This document shows, one piece after another, positions 24,521 to 34,202 of a DNA stretch of 40,819 nucleotides. The notes under the pieces are model-generated. The model saw nothing but the letters and a program-made list of their open reading frames with translations, was not told where the DNA came from and searched no databases. This stretch comes from a virus: the IMG/VR virus record IMGVR_UViG_3300029369_000006, positions 1 to 40,819 of that record, one strand, 5' to 3'. Made by a program: the position numbers and the translations under genes. Numbering within the stretch: the stretch's first letter is position 1; every line of letters starts with the position of its first letter.

Positions 24521-24909
24521 GTAATCTGATCAGTGTGAACTCGGTAATAAAACTGAATCTTCCGATGATCCGGAAACTGACCGAGGCACAGACAACTGCT
24601 CTGGAACAGACTGCGGAAGCACTACATACGGAAGTTGTGCAGGCACAGGTATTTCCGCGAGATACAGGAAATCTCCAGAATGAAAGTACATTTCTGGACC
24701 GTTCTGAAAGTGAGAATGGAAAAGTTTCTATCGTGTCCAGTACACCGTATGCCCGCCGTCTGTATTTCCATCCGGAATATCACTTCCAGACAGGAGAGAA
24801 TCCGAATGCACGTGGCAAATGGTATACAGACTGGCTTCCGGGAGGTAAAGAGGCTGATTTTGCGGCAAAAGCATTCAAAGAGATCTACAGGAGGCTGACG
24901 GGAATATGA
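24517..24909 (+). CDS. neck / tail-completion protein (minor capsid 2-like)
   Basis: 130 aa. It contains FPRDTGNLQNEST and YARRLYFHPEY motifs. ATGA couples it to the previous gene. Confidence 0.5.
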   Translation: MSNLISVNSVIKLNLPMIRKLTEAQTTALEQTAEALHTEVVQAQVFPRDTGNLQNESTFLDRSESENGKVSIVSSTPYARRLYFHPEYHFQTGENPNARGKWYTDWLPGGKEADFAAKAFKEIYRRLTGI

Positions 24910-25316
24910 TGATGTTGGAAGATGTAAGAGACTACATTGCGTCTCTTGATGTGGCAGAACATGTGTATATGGGAAAACTCCCGGATAAGGAAGATAAGTC
25001 CGTCGGAGTATACAACAGCAAACACCAGAACACATACCACACAGCTCTCGGAGGTCCTTCTCTGGAAGGCTACGGCGAGAAATACGTGACTTTGCTCGTT
25101 CACTGGAACAAATCCCCACGAGACACCGAGAAAGCCACTGTGGAGCTGTTCGAGAAGCTGAAAGAGGTACGTGATGCGGAAGTAAATGGTGAGACAATTA
25201 AGTTTTTTCAGCCGCTTTATGATATTCAGGATGTCGGAACAGATGATACCGGTATCTATGAAATGGTCATAGAAGGGGCTTTTATTTTTGAGAAGAAAGA
25301 AGGTAAAGAGACATGA
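24906..25316 (+). CDS. tail terminator-like protein
   Basis: 136 aa. It is translationally coupled and lies immediately before the tail tube gene. Confidence 0.5.
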   Translation: MMMLEDVRDYIASLDVAEHVYMGKLPDKEDKSVGVYNSKHQNTYHTALGGPSLEGYGEKYVTLLVHWNKSPRDTEKATVELFEKLKEVRDAEVNGETIKFFQPLYDIQDVGTDDTGIYEMVIEGAFIFEKKEGKET

Positions 25317-25768
25317 AAATGAATCTTCAGAAGTTTGCAGGGAAGACCAATGTATTCCCGGTTTCTGACAACCAGTTCAAGCTTGGCGCAAGCAAGGAAG
25401 CAGCTACAATGCCTGCGGATTTGGAAACTTTTTCTCCGTCGTTTTCTAATGGAGTAGAGACATGGACTCCTATGGATGCTGAAGGATGGCAGAGAGCATT
25501 GATGACTGCAAAGGCAGTAACGATTACACTCAGTGGCAAAAGGAATATCGGAGATACCGGAAATGATTTTGTAGCCGGAAAAACATTTACAAACGGCCAC
25601 GATTCAGAAGCTTATTTTGAATGGATCATGCCTGACGGAACAAGTATTTCCTGGCCAAATGCCGTGATCGATGTCAAAAACAATTCCGGCGGTGATGCTA
25701 CAAACGTTGGTGCGCTGGAATTTGATGTGATCAGTAATGGAAAACCGACGGTAACACCGGCACTGTAA
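25313..25768 (+). CDS. major tail (tube) protein
   Basis: 151 aa. It lies upstream of the chaperone pair and the tape measure gene. Confidence 0.7.
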   Translation: MKMNLQKFAGKTNVFPVSDNQFKLGASKEAATMPADLETFSPSFSNGVETWTPMDAEGWQRALMTAKAVTITLSGKRNIGDTGNDFVAGKTFTNGHDSEAYFEWIMPDGTSISWPNAVIDVKNNSGGDATNVGALEFDVISNGKPTVTPAL

Positions 25769-25779
25769 AAGGAGATAAA

Positions 25780-26088
25780 ATGGCAAAAGTAGTAAATATC
25801 ACAGAAAAGCTGGAATTTGAATCCAATCCGATTATGGAAATTGGAACACTTGAAGTTGAGGTAAAAGCAGATGCTGAAACAATGCTGAGACTGATGGGAG
25901 TTTTTGCAGAAAACAGTGAGCTTGAGGCAGTTGGTAAGGCGATGAACCTTATTTTTGATCCGGAAGACGTAAAGGCCATCTGCAATCTGAAAAGAAATGG
26001 AAGAAAACTGTCTGCCGGATCTTTGATGACCATTATCCAGGAAGCGATGAAACTTGTACTGGGAGAAGAAGAACAGGGAGAGCAGTGA
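25780..26088 (+). CDS. tail assembly chaperone (gpG-like)
   Basis: 102 aa and acidic. The position fits. Confidence 0.65.
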   Translation: MAKVVNITEKLEFESNPIMEIGTLEVEVKADAETMLRLMGVFAENSELEAVGKAMNLIFDPEDVKAICNLKRNGRKLSAGSLMTIIQEAMKLVLGEEEQGEQ

Positions 26089-26440
26089 CCCGTACTATGA
26101 TCTGATAGAAGACTTTGACCTGGTCGTGTCTTCTTTTCAGTCACAGTACGGGATTCGTTTGTCCAGGGAGCTGCCGGCCGGAATGAAATGGGAAGAGTTC
26201 CGAGATCTTCTTGTAGGAATCGGGCCAGATACAGCTCTTGGAAGGATTGTTTCTATTCGTGCAGAGGACCGGAAAGAAATTTTGGAGAATTTTACACCAG
26301 AACAGCACCGGGTCCGAAATGCATGGCAGTCGAGGCATGCAGAATTTGTGAAAGCACATACATCGAAAGCGCAGGTGGATGCACAGATGCAGGCAATGAA
26401 GATGGCATTTATGCGCATGGCAGGCCTTGGAGGTGATTAA
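26054..26440 (+). CDS. Gp15-family tail assembly protein (gpT-like), overlapping the previous gene in the +1 frame
   Basis: Contains YDLIEDFDLVVSSFQSQYGIRL...MKWEEFRDLLVGIGPDTALGRIVSIR. The only in-frame starts before this conserved N-terminus are a TTG at 26054 or entry by frameshifting. Confidence 0.65.
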   Translation: MYWEKKNRESSDPYYDLIEDFDLVVSSFQSQYGIRLSRELPAGMKWEEFRDLLVGIGPDTALGRIVSIRAEDRKEILENFTPEQHRVRNAWQSRHAEFVKAHTSKAQVDAQMQAMKMAFMRMAGLGGD

Positions 26441-26457
26441 AAATTGAAAGATTAAAG

Positions 26458-26592
26458 GTGAGATGCCCTTTCTGTGGACACGAACAGAAAGTACAGTATG
26501 CCCCGGATGCAAAATGCCGGGGCGTCTTTTTTAAGTGTCAGGCAAGACATTGTAAGAAAGAATTTGAAATAAAAATAAACCAGGACAAGTAG
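26458..26592 (+). CDS. Cys-rich zinc-ribbon mini-protein (Cys_rich_KTR-like)
   Basis: Translation is VRCPFCGHEQKVQYAPDAKCRGVFFKCQARHCKKEFEIKI (CPxC...C...C..C). The start is ambiguous between GTG 26458 and ATT 26443, the latter lying 6 nt after GGAGGTGA. Confidence 0.45.
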   Translation: MRCPFCGHEQKVQYAPDAKCRGVFFKCQARHCKKEFEIKINQDK

Positions 26593-26626
26593 TGCCGCTG
26601 TGCCGATGTCCTCGTGACAGAGGCAG

Positions 26627-29600
26627 GTGGTATATATGTCAGCAACAAGCGTTGGACAGATCGGCCTTGATCTGGTTGTAAATAAAAATCAGTTCGAAAG
26701 TCAGATGGCCGGGATAACCGGCATGGCGAAAAAAGCAGGAGCAGCACTTGCGGCAGCTTTTGGAGTAAAAAAGCTGATTGATTTCGGAAAACAGTGTCTG
26801 GAACTGGGCTCTGATCTTGCAGAAGTTCAGAACGTTGTAGATGTTACCTTTCCGAAGATGACCGCACAGGTCGATAAATTTGCCAGAAGTGCAGCGCAGA
26901 GCTTTGGTCTGTCAGAGACCATGGCGAAACAGTACACCGGTACATTCGGTGCCATGGCAAAAGCTTTCGGGTTTACCGAAAAGCAGGCTTACGATATGGG
27001 TTCAACCCTGACCGGACTGGCAGGTGATGTGGCGTCGTTTTACAACATTTCGCAGGACGAGGCATACACAAAGCTGAAATCGGTATTTACCGGTGAAACG
27101 GAAAGTTTAAAAGATCTCGGTGTCGTAATGACACAGACAGCTCTTGATTCCTACGCTATGGCGAATGGATTCGGGAAAACAACTTCGGCAATGTCCGAAG
27201 CGGAAAAGGTAGCCCTACGTTACCAGTTCGTACAGGACAAGCTGTCAGCCGCACAGGGCGACTTCGCACGCACTTCCGGAAGCTGGGCGAACCAGTGCAG
27301 GATACTGAGTCTGCAGATGCAGTCTCTTATGGCAACGATCGGACAGGGACTGATCAACTTATTTACTCCGATCATTCGGGTAATCAATACGGTGATCGGA
27401 AAGCTTGCTACACTGGCAAATGCATTTAAGTCCTTTACGGAACTGATTACAGGGAACAAATCCAGTGGTTCTGACAGCAGCGGTGTAGCGGCAGTTGCAG
27501 GAGCAGCAGATGATGCCGGAACCGGTCTGGAGAATGCGTCTGATTCTGCATCCAATCTGGCAAGCAACACGGATAAGGTTGGACAGGCAGCACAGAACGC
27601 AGCGAAAAAGATGAAAGCCCTCATGGGCTTTGACAAGATCAATAAGCTGGATTCACAGTCAGATTCAAGTTCTGGCAGTTCTTCTACTCCATCAACCGGA
27701 ACAGGAGGCACCGGAGCACTTGGAAGCGCGGTTGATTTTGGAAACCTTGCTAAGGGTGATACGGTTCTTGATAAGACAGATAAAAAAATGTCTGCACTGA
27801 TAAAACGGTGTCAGGAACTTGCGAAACTGTTCAAAAAAGGATTCGAGATCGGATTTGGAAATTCACAGAAGAAAATTGACTCCATAAATGAATCCGTAAA
27901 AAGCATCGGCAAGAACTTAAAAGAGGTCTTTACTGACACTGCAGTTGTAAATGCAGCGAACCGATGTGTGAATAATATTGCTCTTGCGTTTGGAAAAATC
28001 ACAGGATCCACAGCACGGATAGGGCTTACATTAGCAGATAATCTTGTTGGTGGTGTTGATAAATATCTTGCGAAGAGCAAGAACTATATTAAAAAACGCA
28101 TTGTTTCAATGTTCGATGCGACAGGAGAGATTGCAAAGCTTACCGGAGATTATTATGTGGCCTGTGCAGATATCTTTGATATTTTTTCAAGTGATGATGC
28201 GAAGGGAATCACTGCAGATATCATTCAGGTATTTTCAGATGGTTTTCTTGGAGCGGCAGATCTGGCGGTTAAATTCGAAAGAGATTTTGTATCACTTTTT
28301 ACTGTTCCGATTATCCAGAATACAGATAAAATCTCCGGAACTCTGGAAAATATGCTTTCCCGATGGAGAACTGCATTTGATGCTCTTTCACAGAGTGTCA
28401 CAGATACATTTGAGAAAGCGAATGAAGTTTATGATCAGTATTTCGCACCGTTCGTGGATGCAATCACGCAGGGTATTTCGGATATCCTTGGAACATTTCT
28501 GGATGTGTATAATACATATCTTTCACCGATTCTTGATTATCTGGCGGATAAGTTCAGCGCTGTGTGGTCAGAGTATATCCAGCCGGCACTAGATGGGATC
28601 CTTGAACTGATAGGAAAACTGTTAGAGAACCTGGGAGCTTTATGGCAGAACACGTTGGTTCCGTTCATCGAATGGATCATCAACAACATCATGCCGGTTC
28701 TTTCGCCGATCATTGGAACCATTGGCAATCTGATCCTTGACCTGCTGGGAGTGGCCGGTGATGTGATTAGCGGAATCACTACGATTTTAGGCGGTTTTCT
28801 TGATTTCTGTACAGGAGTATTTACCAGCGATTTTAGCATGTGCTGGCAGGGGATTGAAGAAATCCTGCAGGGATTCAAAAGGATTGCTGCTTCGATATTC
28901 GATTTTGCAAAGAAAAATATCCTGCAGCCGTTTATTGATTTTGTGAAGGGAATTTTCCAGACAGACTGGTCAAAGAGTTTCGGAACATTAGGCTCTGTTT
29001 TAAACACGTTCCTTGGTACCGTGCAGCGTATATGGGGAAATATAAAACGCGTATTCAATGGGATCGTGGAATTTATTACTGGTGTTTTTTCTGGAAACTG
29101 GAAGCAGGCATGGAACGGAATCAAGGAAATTTTCGGAGGAGTATTTGGCTCTCTCATAGCACTGGCAAAAGCGCCACTGAATGCCGTGATTGATCTGATC
29201 AATGAATTAATGAACAAGCTGAACTCAGGACTGGCGGCAATTGAAAACGCGTTCTCATTCAGTTATGACTTTAAGAATCCGATTACCGGAACAAGACATT
29301 ATGGACATTATGGAATGTCTCTTCCGAGAGTACCAACTATTCCACATCTGGCACAGGGCGCATACGTCAAGCCAAACACACCACAGCTCGCCATGATCGG
29401 TGATAACCTGCACCAGGGAGAAGTTGTAGCTCCGGAGAATAAACTGAGAGAAATGGCAATAGAAGCTGTCAGGGCAGCAGGCGGATCCGGTGTCACAAGG
29501 GAAGATCTGGAAACCATAATGAACCGTGCAGTGATGCGGATCATAGCTGCTCTTTCACAGATGGGATTCTACCTTGATGGTAAAAAGCTGGCAGAAGCTG

Positions 29601-29656
29601 AGAATGCAGTAAAAGCAGAAATAGATAGGCGCTTTAACACCGTGGACATTAAGTAG
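26627..29656 (+). CDS. tail tape measure protein
   Basis: 1009 aa. It is helical and Ala/Gly-rich, with an S/G-rich linker. Size and position are diagnostic. Confidence 0.9.
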   Translation: MVYMSATSVGQIGLDLVVNKNQFESQMAGITGMAKKAGAALAAAFGVKKLIDFGKQCLELGSDLAEVQNVVDVTFPKMTAQVDKFARSAAQSFGLSETMAKQYTGTFGAMAKAFGFTEKQAYDMGSTLTGLAGDVASFYNISQDEAYTKLKSVFTGETESLKDLGVVMTQTALDSYAMANGFGKTTSAMSEAEKVALRYQFVQDKLSAAQGDFARTSGSWANQCRILSLQMQSLMATIGQGLINLFTPIIRVINTVIGKLATLANAFKSFTELITGNKSSGSDSSGVAAVAGAADDAGTGLENASDSASNLASNTDKVGQAAQNAAKKMKALMGFDKINKLDSQSDSSSGSSSTPSTGTGGTGALGSAVDFGNLAKGDTVLDKTDKKMSALIKRCQELAKLFKKGFEIGFGNSQKKIDSINESVKSIGKNLKEVFTDTAVVNAANRCVNNIALAFGKITGSTARIGLTLADNLVGGVDKYLAKSKNYIKKRIVSMFDATGEIAKLTGDYYVACADIFDIFSSDDAKGITADIIQVFSDGFLGAADLAVKFERDFVSLFTVPIIQNTDKISGTLENMLSRWRTAFDALSQSVTDTFEKANEVYDQYFAPFVDAITQGISDILGTFLDVYNTYLSPILDYLADKFSAVWSEYIQPALDGILELIGKLLENLGALWQNTLVPFIEWIINNIMPVLSPIIGTIGNLILDLLGVAGDVISGITTILGGFLDFCTGVFTSDFSMCWQGIEEILQGFKRIAASIFDFAKKNILQPFIDFVKGIFQTDWSKSFGTLGSVLNTFLGTVQRIWGNIKRVFNGIVEFITGVFSGNWKQAWNGIKEIFGGVFGSLIALAKAPLNAVIDLINELMNKLNSGLAAIENAFSFSYDFKNPITGTRHYGHYGMSLPRVPTIPHLAQGAYVKPNTPQLAMIGDNLHQGEVVAPENKLREMAIEAVRAAGGSGVTREDLETIMNRAVMRIIAALSQMGFYLDGKKLAEAENAVKAEIDRRFNTVDIK

Positions 29657-29664
29657 GAGGGAAC

Positions 29665-30027
29665 ATGAAAAAAGGCGAAATTTTAAAATCAGGAGATGTG
29701 GTCCTTCCTGCACCAACCACCCTGTCTGTAGCAGATGAGATCATATGGACCTCAGACACCGGAAGGACGCTGATGGGACGGATGGTTGGAGATGTAGTAG
29801 CTGAGAAGAAAAATCTCAGTATAAAGTGGGAGTGGTTGACAGACAAAGAAGTGAAAATGATTAAAAACCGGTTGATAGCCGGCTTTTTTCCGTTCACATT
29901 CCATGATTCAGGAATTGATTTTACGATCGAAGCTTACAGGGGAACGCTGACCAAAGAACATTACGGTTATCTGGGAGATGGGAATTATTACTACAGGACG
30001 GTTTCAGTAGATGTGATACAGAGGTGA
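29665..30027 (+). CDS. small distal-tail-position protein
   Basis: 120 aa and the first gene after the tape measure. It is shorter than a typical Dit protein. Confidence 0.4.
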   Translation: MKKGEILKSGDVVLPAPTTLSVADEIIWTSDTGRTLMGRMVGDVVAEKKNLSIKWEWLTDKEVKMIKNRLIAGFFPFTFHDSGIDFTIEAYRGTLTKEHYGYLGDGNYYYRTVSVDVIQR

Positions 30028-30031
30028 CAAG

Positions 30032-32089
30032 ATGATCAATACAAGCATAGCATTCCGCAGAGCATTAAGCGAAAACAGGGAGTTCAGGATAAAAGATACG
30101 ATCACCCTGAAAAATAAAAAAGAGATTCCGATTCCGATGATGGATCTGAGAGAGTATAAGATCAATGAAGCTACTTCTGCATCTGGGAAATTCGAAATAG
30201 GCGCTGCAGTGATTAAAGAATACAAGGTTACACTGGATAATTCGGAAGAACAATATGATGACTGCGATTTTGAAGATGCCAATATACAGGCTGTGATCGG
30301 CCTGAAACTGGCGGACGGAACTTGGGAAGATCTGAAAAAAGGGCAGTATCGGGTATATACGGCAATATTTGGCGAAACCACACTACAAATCACAGCCTAT
30401 GATGAAATGATCTATTTTGACAGACCGTACAGTGAATGTACTCTTTCCTATCCGGCAACGATCCGGGACATTGTACTGGATGCCTGCCGGCATTGTCGGG
30501 TGGATTGCGAGTCTGGTTCAATTGAGATGGGAAACTACATTGTCAAAACAAAACCAGAAGGAAGCATAACGTATCGAGACGTGATTTCATATTGTGCACA
30601 GATAATGGGCTGCTATGCACGAATTAATCATCTGGGACGGCTTGCTTTTGGATGGTACGATTTTTCGGCAGTAGGATTCGGTGATCTGGATGGCGGGATT
30701 TTTGATACCGCATCACAGGAAAAATATTTGTCCGGTGATGAAGCTGACGGCGGAACATTTGACGATTACAGTTCCGGATATACATACGATGGTGGCACAT
30801 TTGTCGACATGGACACTTATCATCATTTCTACGATCTGTACAACAAATCAATAAACGGAACCGACATCAATGTCACAGGAATCCAGATCACAGCAAAGAA
30901 AGACAGTGCAGATGAAAAATATCTGTATGGCACGAATACATACGCACTGGAAATCAAAGACAATCCTCTGATCCAGACAGATACGATGCAGCAGGTAGCG
31001 AAACACATAGGAGATAAGATTATCAACAAACCGTTTCGTCCGATGAGCATTTCTGTTCAGGGGAATCCGGCAATCGAAGCCGGTGATGTAGCTGTGGTAT
31101 CACCAAAGACAACATCTTCATATACAACAGTGATCACAGACACCACATTCAGCCTGTTTGCGGCACAGTCGATCTTATCCACAGCCGAGACACCAACTGC
31201 AAAAACATTCACACGCTATGGAGCAGCGACAAAGCTACTGGAAGCCGCACGGAATTACACTGATCAGGAAATGTCTGCCTACGACCTTATCGTCCAGCAG
31301 ATGAGTCAACTCGCTGCCAACACCTTAGGTTTCCATGAAACAAAAATTATCCAGGACGATAACTCCGTGATTGTGTACCGGCATGACAAGCCGAAATTAT
31401 CCGAATCCAAGATTGTATATAAATCCGGTATTGACGGTTTCTTTGTTACCAGAAACTACACCGGAAAAGACTCCACTACAGTCTGGAAAGCAGGATTCGA
31501 CAGTAACGGCAATGCAGCCCTCAATATCCTTTCCGTGATCGGTATCCACTGGGATTGGGCATATGGTGGGACATTAAGCCTTGGTGGTGTGGGTAATGGG
31601 AATGGTGTTCTGAAAGTATTTGACGCTAAGGGAAATGTAGTCGGATTGTGGGACAAGGATGGACTGATAGCTAAGGCAGGTAAATTCTCTGGCGATATAA
31701 CTGGTGCTACAGGAAAATTCTCAGGAGACATAACCGGTGCCAGCGGTACTTTTTCAGGCAGATTGGATTCCCAGACAGGAAATATTGCAGGATGGGATAT
31801 TTCAAGTGAGGGACTGAGTGCCGCAAAAATGAAGATCTACAGCAATAAGTCTATTAATGACGAAGATCCCTTTGGTGACATAGAAAACGATTATACAAAA
31901 ATATATAAGGATGCTGTTTTGACAGATCAGATATCCGTAAATGAAGTTAATTTTACACCTAAAAGGGGCAGCACATATTACAAAGATGCCACGAGAACAG
32001 TAACCGTGGTAACAGATGTGAGTGGGTCGACTGTTAATTACACAAAATTAACATTCGTAGATGGAATACTGGTTAATAAGCTGAGTTAA
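30032..32089 (+). CDS. tail-tip / tail-associated (Tal-like) protein
   Basis: 685 aa and the second gene after the tape measure. It contains the tandem repeat GKFSGDITGA(T/S). Confidence 0.6.
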   Translation: MINTSIAFRRALSENREFRIKDTITLKNKKEIPIPMMDLREYKINEATSASGKFEIGAAVIKEYKVTLDNSEEQYDDCDFEDANIQAVIGLKLADGTWEDLKKGQYRVYTAIFGETTLQITAYDEMIYFDRPYSECTLSYPATIRDIVLDACRHCRVDCESGSIEMGNYIVKTKPEGSITYRDVISYCAQIMGCYARINHLGRLAFGWYDFSAVGFGDLDGGIFDTASQEKYLSGDEADGGTFDDYSSGYTYDGGTFVDMDTYHHFYDLYNKSINGTDINVTGIQITAKKDSADEKYLYGTNTYALEIKDNPLIQTDTMQQVAKHIGDKIINKPFRPMSISVQGNPAIEAGDVAVVSPKTTSSYTTVITDTTFSLFAAQSILSTAETPTAKTFTRYGAATKLLEAARNYTDQEMSAYDLIVQQMSQLAANTLGFHETKIIQDDNSVIVYRHDKPKLSESKIVYKSGIDGFFVTRNYTGKDSTTVWKAGFDSNGNAALNILSVIGIHWDWAYGGTLSLGGVGNGNGVLKVFDAKGNVVGLWDKDGLIAKAGKFSGDITGATGKFSGDITGASGTFSGRLDSQTGNIAGWDISSEGLSAAKMKIYSNKSINDEDPFGDIENDYTKIYKDAVLTDQISVNEVNFTPKRGSTYYKDATRTVTVVTDVSGSTVNYTKLTFVDGILVNKLS

Positions 32090-32101
32090 GAGGAGAATGA
32101 T

Positions 32102-32593
32102 ATGGCGATAACGATCAGAAAAGGACCATACGAGAAGTTTGATGCACAGAAGCTTCAGGCGGGGGAAATGGCCATGGTGACAGAAGGGGATCCTCATGCC
32201 AGTGACGGCAGGGCAATTTACGGATGCTTTTCCCCGGGTGATGTAAAGCGGATGGCAACTTATGAGGATATGGTTGAGAACGTGGACGCTTCCTGTAAAG
32301 AGGTCATTGACAGGCATATTGATAAAAAGACCGGTACGGCACTGGAAGCCTGCAAAGAAGCTACAAAAGCGGCACAGGATGCGGCAAAAGGAACAATCCT
32401 TGCAAAATCTGATGCTGAGCTTGCGACAGCAAATGCACAGAATGCGGCAGGAGCAGCCAATGAGGCAGCAGAAAGGGCTCTTGAAGCTGTGAAAAAGTGT
32501 GAGGGTCTTATGGATAACACGAGGGTAACAGCACTTGAAGAAAAAATGGAAAAAGTACTGGAACTGCTTAAAAATGTCGTATCTACGGAGTAG
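32102..32593 (+). CDS. coiled-coil tail fibre-associated protein
   Basis: 163 aa with an Ala-rich heptad region (AAQDAAKGTILAKSDAELATANAQNAAGAANEAAERALEA). Confidence 0.4.
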   Translation: MAITIRKGPYEKFDAQKLQAGEMAMVTEGDPHASDGRAIYGCFSPGDVKRMATYEDMVENVDASCKEVIDRHIDKKTGTALEACKEATKAAQDAAKGTILAKSDAELATANAQNAAGAANEAAERALEAVKKCEGLMDNTRVTALEEKMEKVLELLKNVVSTE

Positions 32594-32672
32594 ACCCATG
32601 AGCAGGTCTGGGATTCCCCCGTAGGGAAAATAGAAACGGTAACTAAAAATCAGACACAGAAAGGAAAATAAT

Positions 32673-33584
32673 ATGTCAGTAAAAACAGTACAGGCCGTGA
32701 TTAATGGCCAGACATACAACCTTACCCTGAACAGCAGTACAGGGAAATATGAAGCAACGATCACAGCACCCGGTAAATCCAGTTATACATTAAGCGGGCA
32801 TTATTATCCGGTCACTGTAAAAGCAACAGATGATGCCGGGAATACCACTACAAAAACAGATTCAGATGCAACGCTTGGCAGTTCCCTTAAGCTGCAGGTT
32901 AAAGAAAAAGTCGCACCGGTCATTGCGATCACAGCACCGACAGCAGGAAGTTACATTATCAACAGTAAACCTGCGATCACATTTAAGATCACAGATGATG
33001 ATTCCGGTGTCAATCCGACAACCATTGGGGTTACGATCGATTCTGGTTCGAAAATTACCGGAGATTCCATCACAAAGAAAGCAGTATCAGGTGGTTACGA
33101 ATGTACATACACACCAGACACGGCACTGTCTGACGGAAGCCATACGATCAAGGTTGATGCATCTGATTATGACGGCAATGCAGCAGTCCAGAAATCCGTT
33201 ACATTCAAGATCGATACAGTACCGCCGACACTGTCCATTACTTCACCGGTTGATGGTCTTGTTACAAATCAGGCGGCATGCACAGTCAAAGGTATTACCA
33301 ACGATGTTACTTCCAGTCCGGTTACAGTAACGATCAAGCTTAACAGCGGCAGTGCAGAGGCTGTGACAGTAGGATCCGACGGAAGCTTCTCCAAAGCCCT
33401 TACACTGGCAGCAGGAAGCAACACGATCACGATCGTTGCCAGAGATTCCGCTGGAAAGACCACAACGATCACAAGAACCGTCAAGCTGGATACCACACCA
33501 CCGACAATCAAGAGTATCACACTTACCCCGAATCCTGTTGATGCCGGCAAGACATTTGTCATCAGTGTAGAAGTAACAGACTGA
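32673..33584 (+). CDS. tail fibre / decoration protein built of Ig-like (Big) repeats
   Basis: 303 aa. Units of the form D-T-x-P-P-T...A-x-D-x-A-G-N/K-T-T recur, with T/S/V-rich beta-strand composition. Confidence 0.55.
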   Translation: MSVKTVQAVINGQTYNLTLNSSTGKYEATITAPGKSSYTLSGHYYPVTVKATDDAGNTTTKTDSDATLGSSLKLQVKEKVAPVIAITAPTAGSYIINSKPAITFKITDDDSGVNPTTIGVTIDSGSKITGDSITKKAVSGGYECTYTPDTALSDGSHTIKVDASDYDGNAAVQKSVTFKIDTVPPTLSITSPVDGLVTNQAACTVKGITNDVTSSPVTVTIKLNSGSAEAVTVGSDGSFSKALTLAAGSNTITIVARDSAGKTTTITRTVKLDTTPPTIKSITLTPNPVDAGKTFVISVEVTD

Positions 33585-33585
33585 T

Positions 33586-33930
33586 ATGGTGTCAAAGGTC
33601 TACGGCAAGGCTGATGGCGTAGATATCACCTTTTATCATGACCATGGGGACATCTGGCAGATAGATGTCCCCTGGAATGATGATGGGAAATACACTGCGG
33701 AAATATTCGCGGAGGATGATGGTGGAAACATAACTTTCCGTTGTAGCGCATTGTTTGTGATCTCGGGGCATGAACTACAGGCAGTGGTAATGTTGAATGA
33801 AATGTCTGCGCAGGTTGGCTGTGAAAAAATAAAATACTGCACAGAGATTATAGAAGAGCAGTTTGCAGGATCTGTACAGGAAGGAGGGTATCAGATTGAG
33901 AGTGTCATATGTAGCAGAAGTCACGTTTGA
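33586..33930 (+). CDS. hypothetical tail-region protein with Ig-like N-terminal segment
   Basis: 114 aa. The segment GKYTAEIFAEDDGGNIT resembles the HYYPVTVKATDDAGNTT motif of the preceding gene. Confidence 0.5.
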   Translation: MVSKVYGKADGVDITFYHDHGDIWQIDVPWNDDGKYTAEIFAEDDGGNITFRCSALFVISGHELQAVVMLNEMSAQVGCEKIKYCTEIIEEQFAGSVQEGGYQIESVICSRSHV

Positions 33931-34198
33931 TTTTCCGGAGGCCAGATACCTTCGCGCGGTTGTAAAGCCGAAATGTGATGCGGATCTTCCCTTTTCAATA
34001 GACAATGCCCGGTGGGAGCTGTATTACAGGGATGATGACGGTGAGGAGATATTGGAAGACTCTGGCGAATGCGAGGTCAGTGCGCATGAGCTGTCAGCAT
34101 TTATCCAGCCGCAAAAGACAGGAACATACAGATTCAAGTACATCTATGAGATCGCGGGTGAAACGTGGGTTGACAATGTAAAGATAAAGGCGGGGTGA
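33896..34198 (+). CDS. hypothetical tail-region protein
   Basis: In frame with ORF-track 33863..34198. The TTG at 33896 lies 7 nt after GGAGGG. Confidence 0.45.
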   Translation: MRVSYVAEVTFDFPEARYLRAVVKPKCDADLPFSIDNARWELYYRDDDGEEILEDSGECEVSAHELSAFIQPQKTGTYRFKYIYEIAGETWVDNVKIKAG

Positions 34199-34202
34199 TG
34201 GG

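Noticed and set aside
23240-25197. Minus-strand ORFs of 216 aa (23240..23890) and 191 aa (24622..25197) in the capsid/connector region
   Set aside because: They are shadow frames opposite the major capsid and neck genes. Their Cys/Arg/His-rich composition is unlike real proteins, and they interrupt an otherwise tightly coupled rightward operon.
28044-29217. Alternative-frame ORFs inside the tape measure gene (182 aa plus strand, 226 aa minus strand)
   Set aside because: They are fully nested in a 1009-aa gene of diagnostic size and composition. They have no start context and their translations are low-complexity.
32048-32764. 238-aa minus-strand ORF spanning the Tal-like gene end and the coiled-coil fibre gene
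   Set aside because: It is antisense to genes with clear SDs. It is Cys/Phe-rich with 20+ Cys and no pattern, and it would oppose the whole late operon.
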